64,000 nt of DNA, taken from NCBI GenBank assembly GCA_944391565.1, contig CALXUB010000004.1, forward strand, positions 46,180 through 110,179, in the 5' to 3' direction. This DNA comes from an uncultured Alphaproteobacteria bacterium (GTDB taxonomy: Bacteria > Pseudomonadota > Alphaproteobacteria > CAAHEQ01 > UBA3637). Under the pieces are notes generated by a model. The model was not told the origin of the DNA, did no database searches, and worked only from the letters and a program-made list of their open reading frames with translations. A program made the position numbers and the translations under genes. Shown here in pieces: positions 9,667 through 18,749 of this stretch (within the stretch, counting starts at the first letter, position 1; each line of letters starts with the position of its first letter).

Positions 9667-10656
9667 ATGCCTGAGCTTTCCATATCCGAAACTTACAAAG
9701 TTTTGGAATCGGCTCTGCGACCACTGTCATACTGGTATACACAGGATAATGTGGAAGAAGTGGCCGTAGACCATCCCGGTTCTATTTGGTTGCGTTTGCG
9801 TGGGAAAAGGGCTTTTCCTTGGGTTGAGCAAATTGATCCTAAATTAACACGAGAGTATTTGAATAATATTCTTTATATTATTGCAAACAGTTATGACTAT
9901 TCTTTTGAACCGACGGAAGGAACACCCGTCGTTTATGCGACGCTGCCCGGCGGACACCGTTTTACGGGCATCAGCGGTCGAAATGTCATGTATGATAATG
10001 ACGATTTAACGGGTGGTGTGGCGTTGGCTATTCGTGTTTACAAGGAAGATGTCGGCATTGAGTTTAAAGACTTTAATTTGGAACAGGGTGAACGATTAAG
10101 GCCTTTAAGCAAGCTGGCCAATGTGGAAGATCCGGATGATCCGTATGATCGTTTGCTGTTGTCGATTCGCAAAGGTGAACATATTTTGATCAGCGGAGGA
10201 ACGGCGACAGGTAAAACAACATTTTTAAATAATATGATTAAGCTGGTGGATGAACATAAACGCATTCTGACCATTGAAGATACGCGCGAGTTGATTGTCC
10301 CGCATAAAAACCGAGTTCACATTGTTCTGCCTCGTACAGACCAAACAAATGGATTTACTTATCCGCGCGTGATTGACTTGGTCGTGCGTTTTACGCCGGA
10401 TGCAATTATCGGCGGTGAGATTTCCACATCAAATGCCAGTGCTATTTGGGAACTGATGGGATCAGGTCACGAAAACTGTTTTGCAACCATTCATGCTGAG
10501 AATCCGGATGAGGCTTATAAAGCGTTTGTCGCACGAATTATGCGGACGACACCAACCATCGATCGTGATAAAACGTTGCGGGAAATGCGTGATAAGCTGC
10601 GGGTGGTACAAATTAACCGGAATGGCAACATTCGTGCCGTGACGGCGATTACATAG
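9667..10656 (+). CDS. virB11: VirB11-family T4SS traffic ATPase
   Basis: Walker A ILISGGTATGKTTFLN is present. IEDTRELIV and RFTPDAIIGGEI motifs are typical of VirB11/TrbB hexameric ATPases. The length (329 aa) and the position after virB10 are consistent. Confidence 0.85.
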   Translation: MPELSISETYKVLESALRPLSYWYTQDNVEEVAVDHPGSIWLRLRGKRAFPWVEQIDPKLTREYLNNILYIIANSYDYSFEPTEGTPVVYATLPGGHRFTGISGRNVMYDNDDLTGGVALAIRVYKEDVGIEFKDFNLEQGERLRPLSKLANVEDPDDPYDRLLLSIRKGEHILISGGTATGKTTFLNNMIKLVDEHKRILTIEDTRELIVPHKNRVHIVLPRTDQTNGFTYPRVIDLVVRFTPDAIIGGEISTSNASAIWELMGSGHENCFATIHAENPDEAYKAFVARIMRTTPTIDRDKTLREMRDKLRVVQINRNGNIRAVTAIT

Positions 10657-10675
10657 CTTTTAAAGGGATTAAAAA

Positions 10676-10706
10676 AGGCACATCTTCAAGATGTGCCTTT
10701 CTTTTT
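10676..10706. terminator. Bidirectional rho-independent terminator between convergent virB11 and minus-strand operon
   Basis: The hairpin GGCACATCTTCAAGATGTGCC is followed by TTTCTTTTT, with an A-run on the other side. Confidence 0.7.
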
Positions 10707-11286
10707 AACGTGCGCCGGTCGGCGGAATGTTAATTTGAGCAATCCAGCCCGGTCGAATGATGCTGGTCGCGTATTCAATGTTGCCTAACTCAATTGTATA
10801 GCTGGCCACACCGGTCATCCGAGAAGCTTCTTGGTAAAAATCGCGGGCTTCTCTATCCCGACGTGAAGGATTTTGTAAATAAAGCACACAGCCTTGTGTT
10901 CTTTCGGCAATACCACAGCGTTGTCTGTTCGCGGGTACTTCAGGATTTAAAACAACACCCGTTAAACCTTGTGTTCGTGTTTTGCCGCTGTCTCCGGACA
11001 TACTGCATCCCAGCATCATACCGAACAGTAAAACAATGACAAGAATAGCAGCCATTATTTTGGTCTGCAAAAAACTAGGAGGCAGTCCAAGTTGAGCAGC
11101 AAAGTTGTCATCATAAAGCCCTTTATCAGGAGAAACCGCTGCCGGCTGGGATAATGTTTTTTCATAAGCCGGAATGGACGGAGCCGCCGTTTTTGTCCCG
11201 TTCGGCGAGGGAGCTGCTGTCGGCGCTGCCATTCCTTTGGACGGAATATTGGGCGCTTTAAAGACAGGTTTTGGTGCTTCAGTCAT
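10705..11286 (-). CDS. Hypothetical bitopic membrane protein (Pro/Ala-rich cytoplasmic N-term, one TM, ~100-aa periplasmic domain); last gene of minus-strand T4SS-associated operon
   Basis: An AAGGAG RBS and an ATG lie 1 nt after the upstream stop (MTEAPKPVFK...). It has a single hydrophobic segment, IMAAILVIVLLFGMMLGC. I recognise no family. Confidence 0.5.
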   Translation of the reverse strand: MTEAPKPVFKAPNIPSKGMAAPTAAPSPNGTKTAAPSIPAYEKTLSQPAAVSPDKGLYDDNFAAQLGLPPSFLQTKIMAAILVIVLLFGMMLGCSMSGDSGKTRTQGLTGVVLNPEVPANRQRCGIAERTQGCVLYLQNPSRRDREARDFYQEASRMTGVASYTIELGNIEYATSIIRPGWIAQINIPPTGAR

Positions 11287-11287
11287 T

Positions 11288-12739
11288 TTATTCTCCTTCT
11301 TTGACAAGGCGCAAAATGCGCGGCTGCATCGTAATTAAATATTCCACACCTTTCCAATCCTTGTTAAAGACAGAGCCCGGTATACCGATAATGCTCAAAT
11401 TATCATCAATCGTATAGAAAGAGTAAAAAGATGTGATTTCACCGTTAATCGTATCTAAAGAAATGTTGGATTCAATCCGATCCGGTGATTGGATATTGCT
11501 TTGCAGGAGTAAAGACAAATCTCTTTCCGGCGTTTGGAAACGAGCGCATTGACCGATATCAAAACGAACTTTCCAAGCATTGGGCATAATTGCAACGCCT
11601 TCGGAAACCAAGCTGACATTCGCTTGTTTTTGCAGGCTGTCAATCAAAGAATAATGACGTTTTTGGTGACCCGTAATGACCATGCGTCCGACAATGCCAC
11701 CAACGGACATGTTAACCCGTTTGACGCCGAAGTTTTGAATAATGGTTTGCCAATCCAATGCCGGTGTATCGGGCCGTTCAGTCAATCGATAGACTTTGAT
11801 GTCCATCATCAAAAGCCGCGGATCTTCTTTTAAATAACCAATCAGACGTTCGATAACGGCTTGTTTTTCCGTATTAATGCGGAAATACAATGTGTTTGTT
11901 CCAAAATCGGGTTGAACGTTTGTAATCCCGGCGCCGCGTAAGGCATCCAAAACAGCAAATAAACCGACACGTCCGCCCGGAACAGCTAACTCAAAACGAG
12001 CCCATCTGGACAAATACAATTTCTTTTTGGTTGCATCATAACGGAAATAGGCATCCCCGGCATTGACTAATTCCTCGATCACGGCAGAGAGTTCTCCGCG
12101 AACATCTTCGGCGGATATTTCCGGATACAATCCGTCGTCAGAAAAAACATGAATACCGGCTTCCGTCACCAAGTTTTGAATAGCCAAATCCAAAGGTTGA
12201 TTGGTGAATGTATAACCGTTCACTTCATATCTTGGAAGCGGGTCATTTTTGTCAAGCCGCGTCATTTTAAAGTCATCCGGGTTCATGGGGATATTGGAAA
12301 TAATTTCCTTTGTCGGGAAAGGAATTTCGCAGCGAATCGGCGTTTCAATATTTAATCCGGCGGCTGATGAAGCATCGGCCACGGTAATATCACTGCCTTT
12401 TTGCAGTTGACGGTTCAGCTGTTGTTGTTCATTAAAGCGAGCGATCGGCGATCCCGGTTGAGGTGCAGCGTTCGGAACTTCAATAACTTGAGCCGGTTGA
12501 ATAATCACCGGCATAATGACAGGTCCCAGATTTTGCTGTGTGACGGGACAGGGATCCGGACATTGAACTTGAAAACTTGCTGCCGGTGCTTGATAGGCTG
12601 CTGCTGCCGGCATGCATGGTGCGGCCGCTTGTTCGACCTGAGCCAAACCGGGCTGCGCCCAAACCATCAGAGCAACTGCTCCGGCAAGCAAAAGACTTGT
12701 TTTTTTGATGTGATTGGTTGTATGTGTCATCAGCGTCAC
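11288..12739 (-). CDS. Secreted hypothetical protein, 483 aa, with possible degenerate secretin-like C-terminal motif
   Basis: It has a GTG start abutting the upstream stop and a signal peptide (KKTSLLLAGAVALMVWAQPGLAQ). The C-terminus IIGIPGSVFNKDWKGVEYLITMQPRIL loosely resembles the secretin motif VP.LG.LF....ELL.FITP.I. The rest is unassigned. Confidence 0.45.
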   Translation of the reverse strand: MTLMTHTTNHIKKTSLLLAGAVALMVWAQPGLAQVEQAAAPCMPAAAAYQAPAASFQVQCPDPCPVTQQNLGPVIMPVIIQPAQVIEVPNAAPQPGSPIARFNEQQQLNRQLQKGSDITVADASSAAGLNIETPIRCEIPFPTKEIISNIPMNPDDFKMTRLDKNDPLPRYEVNGYTFTNQPLDLAIQNLVTEAGIHVFSDDGLYPEISAEDVRGELSAVIEELVNAGDAYFRYDATKKKLYLSRWARFELAVPGGRVGLFAVLDALRGAGITNVQPDFGTNTLYFRINTEKQAVIERLIGYLKEDPRLLMMDIKVYRLTERPDTPALDWQTIIQNFGVKRVNMSVGGIVGRMVITGHQKRHYSLIDSLQKQANVSLVSEGVAIMPNAWKVRFDIGQCARFQTPERDLSLLLQSNIQSPDRIESNISLDTINGEITSFYSFYTIDDNLSIIGIPGSVFNKDWKGVEYLITMQPRILRLVKEGE

Positions 12740-14245
12740 CTATTCCTTTTTTGTTTTATCAGCCGAAGAAGCGACATTCAATGAGTCAAAGTCGACTTGT
12801 GCTTCTTCTTCCGTTTTTTTATAGTCTTCAATAATTTTTTCCGGCGAGACTTCATAAGGGTCTTCAATCATTTCAAAACCATCCGGTGCCGGTCCGATAA
12901 ATTCTTTTTCCTGACTGGTATCCATTTCTCCCAAAACTTGTCGAGGATCGACTTCGTTTTTTTCTTCAACAGGTTTGAGATTTTCCGGCAGGTCTTCCAA
13001 TTCCTTTTCCAACGCCTTCAGCAAGTTTTGCATTCCTTCACGACCACCCGGCACTTCGGCATCGATGACTTCTTCTAAAAGCTGATTTTCCAACAAATTT
13101 TGGATATTTTCTTTTAATTCGTTCATCAAATCAACGACAAAACCGTAATAGGGATATTCCGTTTTGTCCATGTTGCCCAAACGAACACAGCGGGCGCTGA
13201 TCCAATTCGTAGCCTCTTCGTATAGATTCTTTTGGCGCATGAAATTCGCCATTTCCCAGTTTTTGGTTTTTGGAATTTGCAAATTAGGATCATCCGCCGG
13301 AATTTCAGGTGTCACGGGAACTTCCTTGGGCGCCAGCATTTCCAAAACTTCCGTTTCGGTTGCTGTTTCTTCTTCGATCGCTTCATCAGCCGGTTGTTGT
13401 GTCGGATAAAGGGGCATGTCAGAAACAGCTTCGACCGTTTCTTCTGCAGGAACATCCGGAAGAGCAGGCATTTCAGATAAGTGAATTTCTTCTGCCGTTT
13501 CAACTTCTGTCATCGGATTTGCCGTTTCAAGCGCCTGTGTTGTCACGTCGTCTTGAATGGTCTGTTCAAGGGCTTGTGCTTGTTGGTCCGAAATCGGTTC
13601 TTCTTCCGACATTGTTTCCGGTTGGGTCGGCAAAGAAACCTCTTGCTCGGTCGAAGCAATCATTTCTTCGCTGTTTTCTTGTTCAACAACCATCGTCTCC
13701 GTTGTTGAAGGTAAATTTTCTTCATCGGTGTCAGATAAAGGTTGTTCCGGCTCAAAAACAGCTGTTTGTTGCGTTTCTTGCACAAAAGACTGATTATCTT
13801 TTTGCTCTTCGGCCATTATTTCAGAGACGGCTTCCACCGGAGTCGAAGCATCATTTTGAGTTGCGTCATTCAGCAGGTCTTTCAGTTGGTTGACAACTTT
13901 TGTTCCTTCTTCTCCAAATAATGCCAGCCAATATTCCAATGTCGGAATGCGCTCAATGAGCTGCATGTTATTAACGGACTGTGGTGCGTTAATGTATTGA
14001 TATGCTTCTTCCCAAGCGGCAAGAGCGCCGTAATAATGAATAGCGTGATCTGCCTTTTTCTTCAGCATGTCCTTTGTCGCGTCATCAATACCGGTCATGG
14101 TATCCAACGACGTTTGAATGAAATTCATCCATTCGGGACCTAAGATGTCTTCAGCCTTTTCAACCAAAGGCGTTAATGTTTCCTGATTTTCCTGATAAGC
14201 AATCAAAGCTTCTATCAGCGGCTGCAGCGTTGGATCAATGTTCAT
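12740..14245 (-). CDS. Highly acidic hypothetical cytoplasmic protein (~501 aa)
   Basis: An ATG at 14245 has an AAGGA RBS; the ORF track's upstream TTG start is less likely. The protein is E/D/Q-rich with no TM helix and no Walker motif. Confidence 0.5.
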   Translation of the reverse strand: MNIDPTLQPLIEALIAYQENQETLTPLVEKAEDILGPEWMNFIQTSLDTMTGIDDATKDMLKKKADHAIHYYGALAAWEEAYQYINAPQSVNNMQLIERIPTLEYWLALFGEEGTKVVNQLKDLLNDATQNDASTPVEAVSEIMAEEQKDNQSFVQETQQTAVFEPEQPLSDTDEENLPSTTETMVVEQENSEEMIASTEQEVSLPTQPETMSEEEPISDQQAQALEQTIQDDVTTQALETANPMTEVETAEEIHLSEMPALPDVPAEETVEAVSDMPLYPTQQPADEAIEEETATETEVLEMLAPKEVPVTPEIPADDPNLQIPKTKNWEMANFMRQKNLYEEATNWISARCVRLGNMDKTEYPYYGFVVDLMNELKENIQNLLENQLLEEVIDAEVPGGREGMQNLLKALEKELEDLPENLKPVEEKNEVDPRQVLGEMDTSQEKEFIGPAPDGFEMIEDPYEVSPEKIIEDYKKTEEEAQVDFDSLNVASSADKTKKE

Positions 14246-14305
14246 TCTTTTATCCTTATCCGTCTTTCTTTTCCTCAAGTATAAATAAAGATAGTTAATG
14301 TTTCT

Positions 14306-15148
14306 TTAAAAATCGGTTTTCTCCTCATCAATTAAATGAACAGAAAACTTTGTCGGTTGTTTTGTTCGACGGAATTTGTCCGAAAATTTGTTTTCCTTCT
14401 TGCGAGCGGCTTCTTTTGCTTCGTTTTCCGCAAGCGTTTGAGCCGTTTGTTTTTCAAAAAGTTCGGTTAATTTCTCGCGAATTTCGGCAAGCAGCGGTTC
14501 TTTTTTTAAAGCTTCGGAGACCTGCTGGACTGTTTCCGCCTGAACTTCTTTGGCTTTGGCAATGCCGTTTTTCAGATTTTCATGCATTTTATCGACATCG
14601 GAGTCAATCACAATATACTTTAGAACGTCTAAGACCCGTTCGTTTTGTGCTTCTATGACAGACAAGATATTTTGTTTTTGTGTTTCATGAACGACGGCTT
14701 CTAAAGAAACAATTTGATCTGTCATTTTTTCAGCATCCGATTTGTTGTAAATCACAGCCGGTGTCGTGGTTTCGCGAACGGTTGTTCCGTAAGTTTCCCA
14801 CAACGGCGACATTTCTTCCGCCGCCGGCAGACTGTTTTTGATTTGTAAAGCTTCATTGCCTTCATGCAAAGCTTGACTTTCTTCTTCCTCCGATAGTTCC
14901 TGATGTTTAAGGAAGTTCAAATAATCACGGATTTCTTCGCCGCCCGGTATGTTTTTCAAGGCAATTTGCACTTCCAGTGTCGCATCTTTCAACAGCATGG
15001 CATTATATTGTTGGTTGGCCTCGGGTCCCAACGCAGACAGCTGGCGGTAGATATTGATGAGGCGTTGGGCAGTTGATTCGGCTTCCTCATTTGACGATTG
15101 TTTTCGTTTCAAAAATTCTTTTTTCCAAGAAAGGACGTCCAGTGCCAT
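14306..15148 (-). CDS. Hypothetical coiled-coil protein (280 aa)
   Basis: It has a GAAGGA RBS and is charged and helical with E/K/Q-rich heptad-like composition. I recognise no family. Confidence 0.45.
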   Translation of the reverse strand: MALDVLSWKKEFLKRKQSSNEEAESTAQRLINIYRQLSALGPEANQQYNAMLLKDATLEVQIALKNIPGGEEIRDYLNFLKHQELSEEEESQALHEGNEALQIKNSLPAAEEMSPLWETYGTTVRETTTPAVIYNKSDAEKMTDQIVSLEAVVHETQKQNILSVIEAQNERVLDVLKYIVIDSDVDKMHENLKNGIAKAKEVQAETVQQVSEALKKEPLLAEIREKLTELFEKQTAQTLAENEAKEAARKKENKFSDKFRRTKQPTKFSVHLIDEEKTDF

Positions 15149-15169
15149 TTTCCCAATCCTTCTATTCCG

Positions 15170-16111
15170 TTAAAAATAAAGAGCTACGACTTTGGAAAGT
15201 TTTTTTAAGTCGTTTTCTGTTAAAACCTGCTCGGTACCGTCGGCATGTTTCAGCACACTTTTTCCCTGTCGGTCAGAAAACGTGCCGGGTAAATAAACAT
15301 TTTCTGATTTTTCCAACAATACCGGTGTTCCCTCTTCCAAAGTAGCTTCTTTTGCCAAAATATAAGTAGCCGGCCGATTGCCGAACAACAACGGTGTATT
15401 GACTTTTAATCCCGTTAATCCCTGAGCCCAGGGGAGGGCCGTTTCCAACTCGAAACTTTCGTTTTGCGCGATAAAAGAATCGTTTTCAAGCGTTGCGTTA
15501 TGAACCGTAATCTTTTTGTTTAAATTTAAAGACTTAAGCGGCAAGTCATTATAACCGCCTTTCGGATGGAAAATACCCGGTTTTCCCGTTTTTTTAAACT
15601 CTTGCAATGTTCCGGCCATATCCAGTTCGTAAATCTGAATTTGCAAAGTTTCCGCCGTAAAACCAAGTGCGTGAGCGATTTTTTTGAATTGGTCTTCCGT
15701 CACCTCACGTTGCCCCATCTCAATCCGATGATAAACGGAAAGCGTTAAACCGGCACCTTTTGCGACATCTTGCAGTGTCAGCATTTTTTCGCCGCGAATA
15801 TAGCGCAGTCCCGCCCCCAGCGTTTTTAAACCGCTTTTTTCGTTGATTTGTTTACGACGGTCTTGTTCTTTTTGCCAGGCTTGCAAAACTTCCGGCTGAG
15901 AGGTTTTCTCATAGACAAAGATGCTTTCTTTGGGACAATCCAAAAAAGATGAAATTTTATCCAATTGATTTTCATCAATGCGACGATAGCCTTTTTCGAT
16001 TTTGCTGATGGCAGACAAGCTGACACCTAAAATACCGGCGATTTCTTTCATTGTTTTACCGCGTGTCCGGCGGATCATGCGAATTTGATTCGGGAAAATA
16101 ATTTCTTCCAT
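15170..16111 (-). CDS. XRE-family transcriptional regulator with two tandem HTH domains plus ~150-aa C-terminal domain
   Basis: It has an AGAGGAG RBS. HTH 1 is KTMKEIAGILGVSLSAISKIEKGYRRI. HTH 2 is LTLQDVAKGAGLTLSVYHRIEMGQREV. It is embedded between T4SS-associated genes. Confidence 0.75.
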   Translation of the reverse strand: MEEIIFPNQIRMIRRTRGKTMKEIAGILGVSLSAISKIEKGYRRIDENQLDKISSFLDCPKESIFVYEKTSQPEVLQAWQKEQDRRKQINEKSGLKTLGAGLRYIRGEKMLTLQDVAKGAGLTLSVYHRIEMGQREVTEDQFKKIAHALGFTAETLQIQIYELDMAGTLQEFKKTGKPGIFHPKGGYNDLPLKSLNLNKKITVHNATLENDSFIAQNESFELETALPWAQGLTGLKVNTPLLFGNRPATYILAKEATLEEGTPVLLEKSENVYLPGTFSDRQGKSVLKHADGTEQVLTENDLKKLSKVVALYF

Positions 16112-16224
16112 CTGTGTTTTACTCCTCTTTTTGTCTTTTTCTTAGTTATAACAGATTTTGTTTTGAGAAAATAGACAAAAAATAAAAAAAATGCATTTTT
16201 TTATAAACTCAAGAGAAAAGCTTG

Positions 16225-18747
16225 TTAGAAAAAGCGTCCCGTTCGGCGGATAAAACGCCAATTACTCTTGACATATTCTTTTGCATGCTTGTTTTGTGCA
16301 CGCATTTTGTCATCCAGGCGAGAACGTGTTTGATGTGCATTTTCACGAATCTCATCAAAGACATCACGCCAATTATGCTGATCTTCTGGTTTGTTTTGCC
16401 GATTCGCCCGTTGTGTCGCATCTGATGCTTGCTGACGTGCGCGTGCCGCAGGATCTTGCTCCAGCATTCGGGTATAAATAGATGTCATCGGAATAGAAAC
16501 CAACGAAGCCGTAAATTGAACGGGCTTTTGAGCCAATGCCATTGTTTTTGTCATGTATTTATTATAAGCAATCGCGCGGGCTGATTTCTTGATCGCGTAT
16601 GAAGTCAATTTTCCGGTTGTGGTTATGGCTTTTTTGGTTGTTTTCCGAATCACATAATTAGCCACACTGTTTGCCACGATGACGGTTGCTCCAATAGTAT
16701 AAAGAAGGCCGGCTACTACAAAAGCAACAGTTGCCGCAAGCAATGTCAGTGGTGCCAGATACCAGGAAGAGGCTGTTGTTCCAACCATTTTCATGCCGAA
16801 TTGACCCAGGAAACGGCCACTGTTAAAGAAGACAAACTTAGCTCCATTGTTAATTCCTTTCCCGGTCAAATGAATACTTTTCTCGGTTAAGTTAGCTGTC
16901 GTATTTGCCGTTGCTTCAACACCGGTGCCGATTTTGTCTGCCGCTTTCGGAATGAAACGCCGCATGCCGCGCGAACGTGCTTCCAGCGTGTGGTACTTGC
17001 TGAGCCCGTGTCGAACACCCTCCGCATCCGTATAACCGCGTCGCTGTGCGTCTTTTCTTAATAAGGCCGCTTTATTTTTGGACGGTTCCCATGGCTCATC
17101 ATAGATTTCTTTCGTTAGCCCGATTCCGGCTCCGACAACGCCGACCGGTGCAAAGAGCGCTGCCACACCGCCGCCTTGAGACAGTCCGACTCCGGTCATC
17201 ATTTGAATCATTTTCGCAGTGGATGAAAGTAAGTAAAAACCAATCAGCAGCATTGCTATGCTGGCCAGAATCATGCGTCCTCCGCCGGCCCACCCGAAGC
17301 TTTCGCTTAGTCCTAGATAGTTCTGGGTAGCCAATAATTCAGCCAGTTTAGTCGCATTTGGTCCCATCAGTGCATAGAACATTTGAATCAGCAAAACGAG
17401 AATCAAAGAAATCATGAAAAAGTTGATTAAAGACGAAATTAGCATATCAAAAGCACGTTTTGTATACGAACGCGTCGATGGAAAAGCCGCCGTCACGATA
17501 AAGAAAGGCAATAATAACAGAACAATGCCGATTCTGAAGAACGAATCCACTAAAAAGAACGGGAAAACAGCGGATAGCAAGAAAAACGCGGCAATAATAA
17601 ACCAGGAGGCCAACCAAACGGGAATATCAGGCAATCTGATGATTGGTGTCAGACGTGTCGGGAAAGATTTAGCCCCTTGCGTTTGAGACATACACATTAA
17701 ATATTGTCCGGCAACGGTCGGTGGAACGGTAATTTGATACGTACTTTGAACAATACACAGCAAGGAATCGCGCATAGAGGTGGGAATAGCTCTGTCTTGC
17801 GCATTAGCTTGATATTGCAAAACACGAGAAACGCGTGCGTCCGTCGGTGTCGAAGATGTCGCTGTCAGATTTTGGCAATAAGTAGGTTGAGGCGGCTGTG
17901 TCCCTAAAACGGCACGATAGATTTGTACATTCACTTTCGGTGTGTTCGGATTGGGGTCTATGTTGGCCGAAATAGAACTCATGGCTTGCGTTAGACCGGC
18001 CGAAAAAGTAAAAATCGGTGTGATGAAAGTATTTAAAACATCTTTGTAAGGTGTTGCCAAAACGGCTCCTAAAAATATCAGTAATAAAATGCGTTTCAAA
18101 ACATCCGTAAAATACGAACCGATGTCACCCATGCCCCATGATAAAAACAACCGAAGTGTTCGAAAAACCAACCAAAACATGCCACCAATGGATAAAAGCA
18201 TCAAAGGCAAATGCTGTTCTTCGATCTGTTTGTAAAATGTCGTAATGACTTTATCCATGCTTTCAATGATTAAATAAACGATATCACAGGTCCAGCAGTC
18301 CTCCTGATATTCCAATAAAAGCTGACGCGGTGTCGGACAAACTTTCGAACCACGACCCAATCGTTCTTTAATCGCTTTTTGGTAATCTTCCCGAGCTTTT
18401 TCCAGGTCTTCCTGTTGTTCGCGGGTTCGGTCATTTAAGGGGATACGTTCAACTTCTTCAATAATTTGCTGCGCTTCCAAAAAGCGTTCCTGTGAGATCT
18501 GATAGCTTTGAGCCAATGCACTGCCGGCAGCCATCCATAAAAACGAAGAAAAAACAAGGCCTAATAAAAAGAGATGTCTTGTCTTTTTTAAGCTGATTGT
18601 TTTATAAAGACCAAGCCCCAGCATCAAAATGATCAAAGGCAGCGCAACAAACCAAATATAGGGTAAGTAAGACGTGCCCGGCAAAAAATAAACCAGGATC
18701 AACAGCGGAATAAGCAGAAGAGTTGTTGCAAAATGCTTTAAAGTCAT
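16225..18747 (-). CDS. Polytopic membrane protein, VirB6-like paralog 3 (840 aa) with long hydrophilic C-terminal extension
   Basis: It has many TM helices. It shares the CWTCDIVY motif and the FFLVDSFFRIGIVLLLLPFFIVTAAFP block with the two upstream paralogs. Its ~300-aa basic C-terminal tail resembles the extended VirB6 proteins of Rickettsiales rvh systems. Assignment to the VirB6 family is by architecture and context only. Confidence 0.5.
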   Translation of the reverse strand: MTLKHFATTLLLIPLLILVYFLPGTSYLPYIWFVALPLIILMLGLGLYKTISLKKTRHLFLLGLVFSSFLWMAAGSALAQSYQISQERFLEAQQIIEEVERIPLNDRTREQQEDLEKAREDYQKAIKERLGRGSKVCPTPRQLLLEYQEDCWTCDIVYLIIESMDKVITTFYKQIEEQHLPLMLLSIGGMFWLVFRTLRLFLSWGMGDIGSYFTDVLKRILLLIFLGAVLATPYKDVLNTFITPIFTFSAGLTQAMSSISANIDPNPNTPKVNVQIYRAVLGTQPPQPTYCQNLTATSSTPTDARVSRVLQYQANAQDRAIPTSMRDSLLCIVQSTYQITVPPTVAGQYLMCMSQTQGAKSFPTRLTPIIRLPDIPVWLASWFIIAAFFLLSAVFPFFLVDSFFRIGIVLLLLPFFIVTAAFPSTRSYTKRAFDMLISSLINFFMISLILVLLIQMFYALMGPNATKLAELLATQNYLGLSESFGWAGGGRMILASIAMLLIGFYLLSSTAKMIQMMTGVGLSQGGGVAALFAPVGVVGAGIGLTKEIYDEPWEPSKNKAALLRKDAQRRGYTDAEGVRHGLSKYHTLEARSRGMRRFIPKAADKIGTGVEATANTTANLTEKSIHLTGKGINNGAKFVFFNSGRFLGQFGMKMVGTTASSWYLAPLTLLAATVAFVVAGLLYTIGATVIVANSVANYVIRKTTKKAITTTGKLTSYAIKKSARAIAYNKYMTKTMALAQKPVQFTASLVSIPMTSIYTRMLEQDPAARARQQASDATQRANRQNKPEDQHNWRDVFDEIRENAHQTRSRLDDKMRAQNKHAKEYVKSNWRFIRRTGRFF

Positions 18748-18749
18748 TT

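Noticed and set aside
10705-11307. Interpreting the 200-aa ORF as a VirB7-type lipoprotein using the MLGC sequence as a lipobox
   Set aside because: The hydrophobic segment is preceded by ~80 hydrophilic residues when the RBS-supported start is used, and has no basic n-region when started internally. It is more consistent with a bitopic membrane protein.
13164-13893. Several + strand ORFs (81-194 aa) opposite the acidic-protein gene
   Set aside because: They are antisense to a 1.5-kb ORF with a proper RBS and operon context. Their composition (F/R/L-rich) is typical of reverse-frame artefacts of E/D-rich genes.
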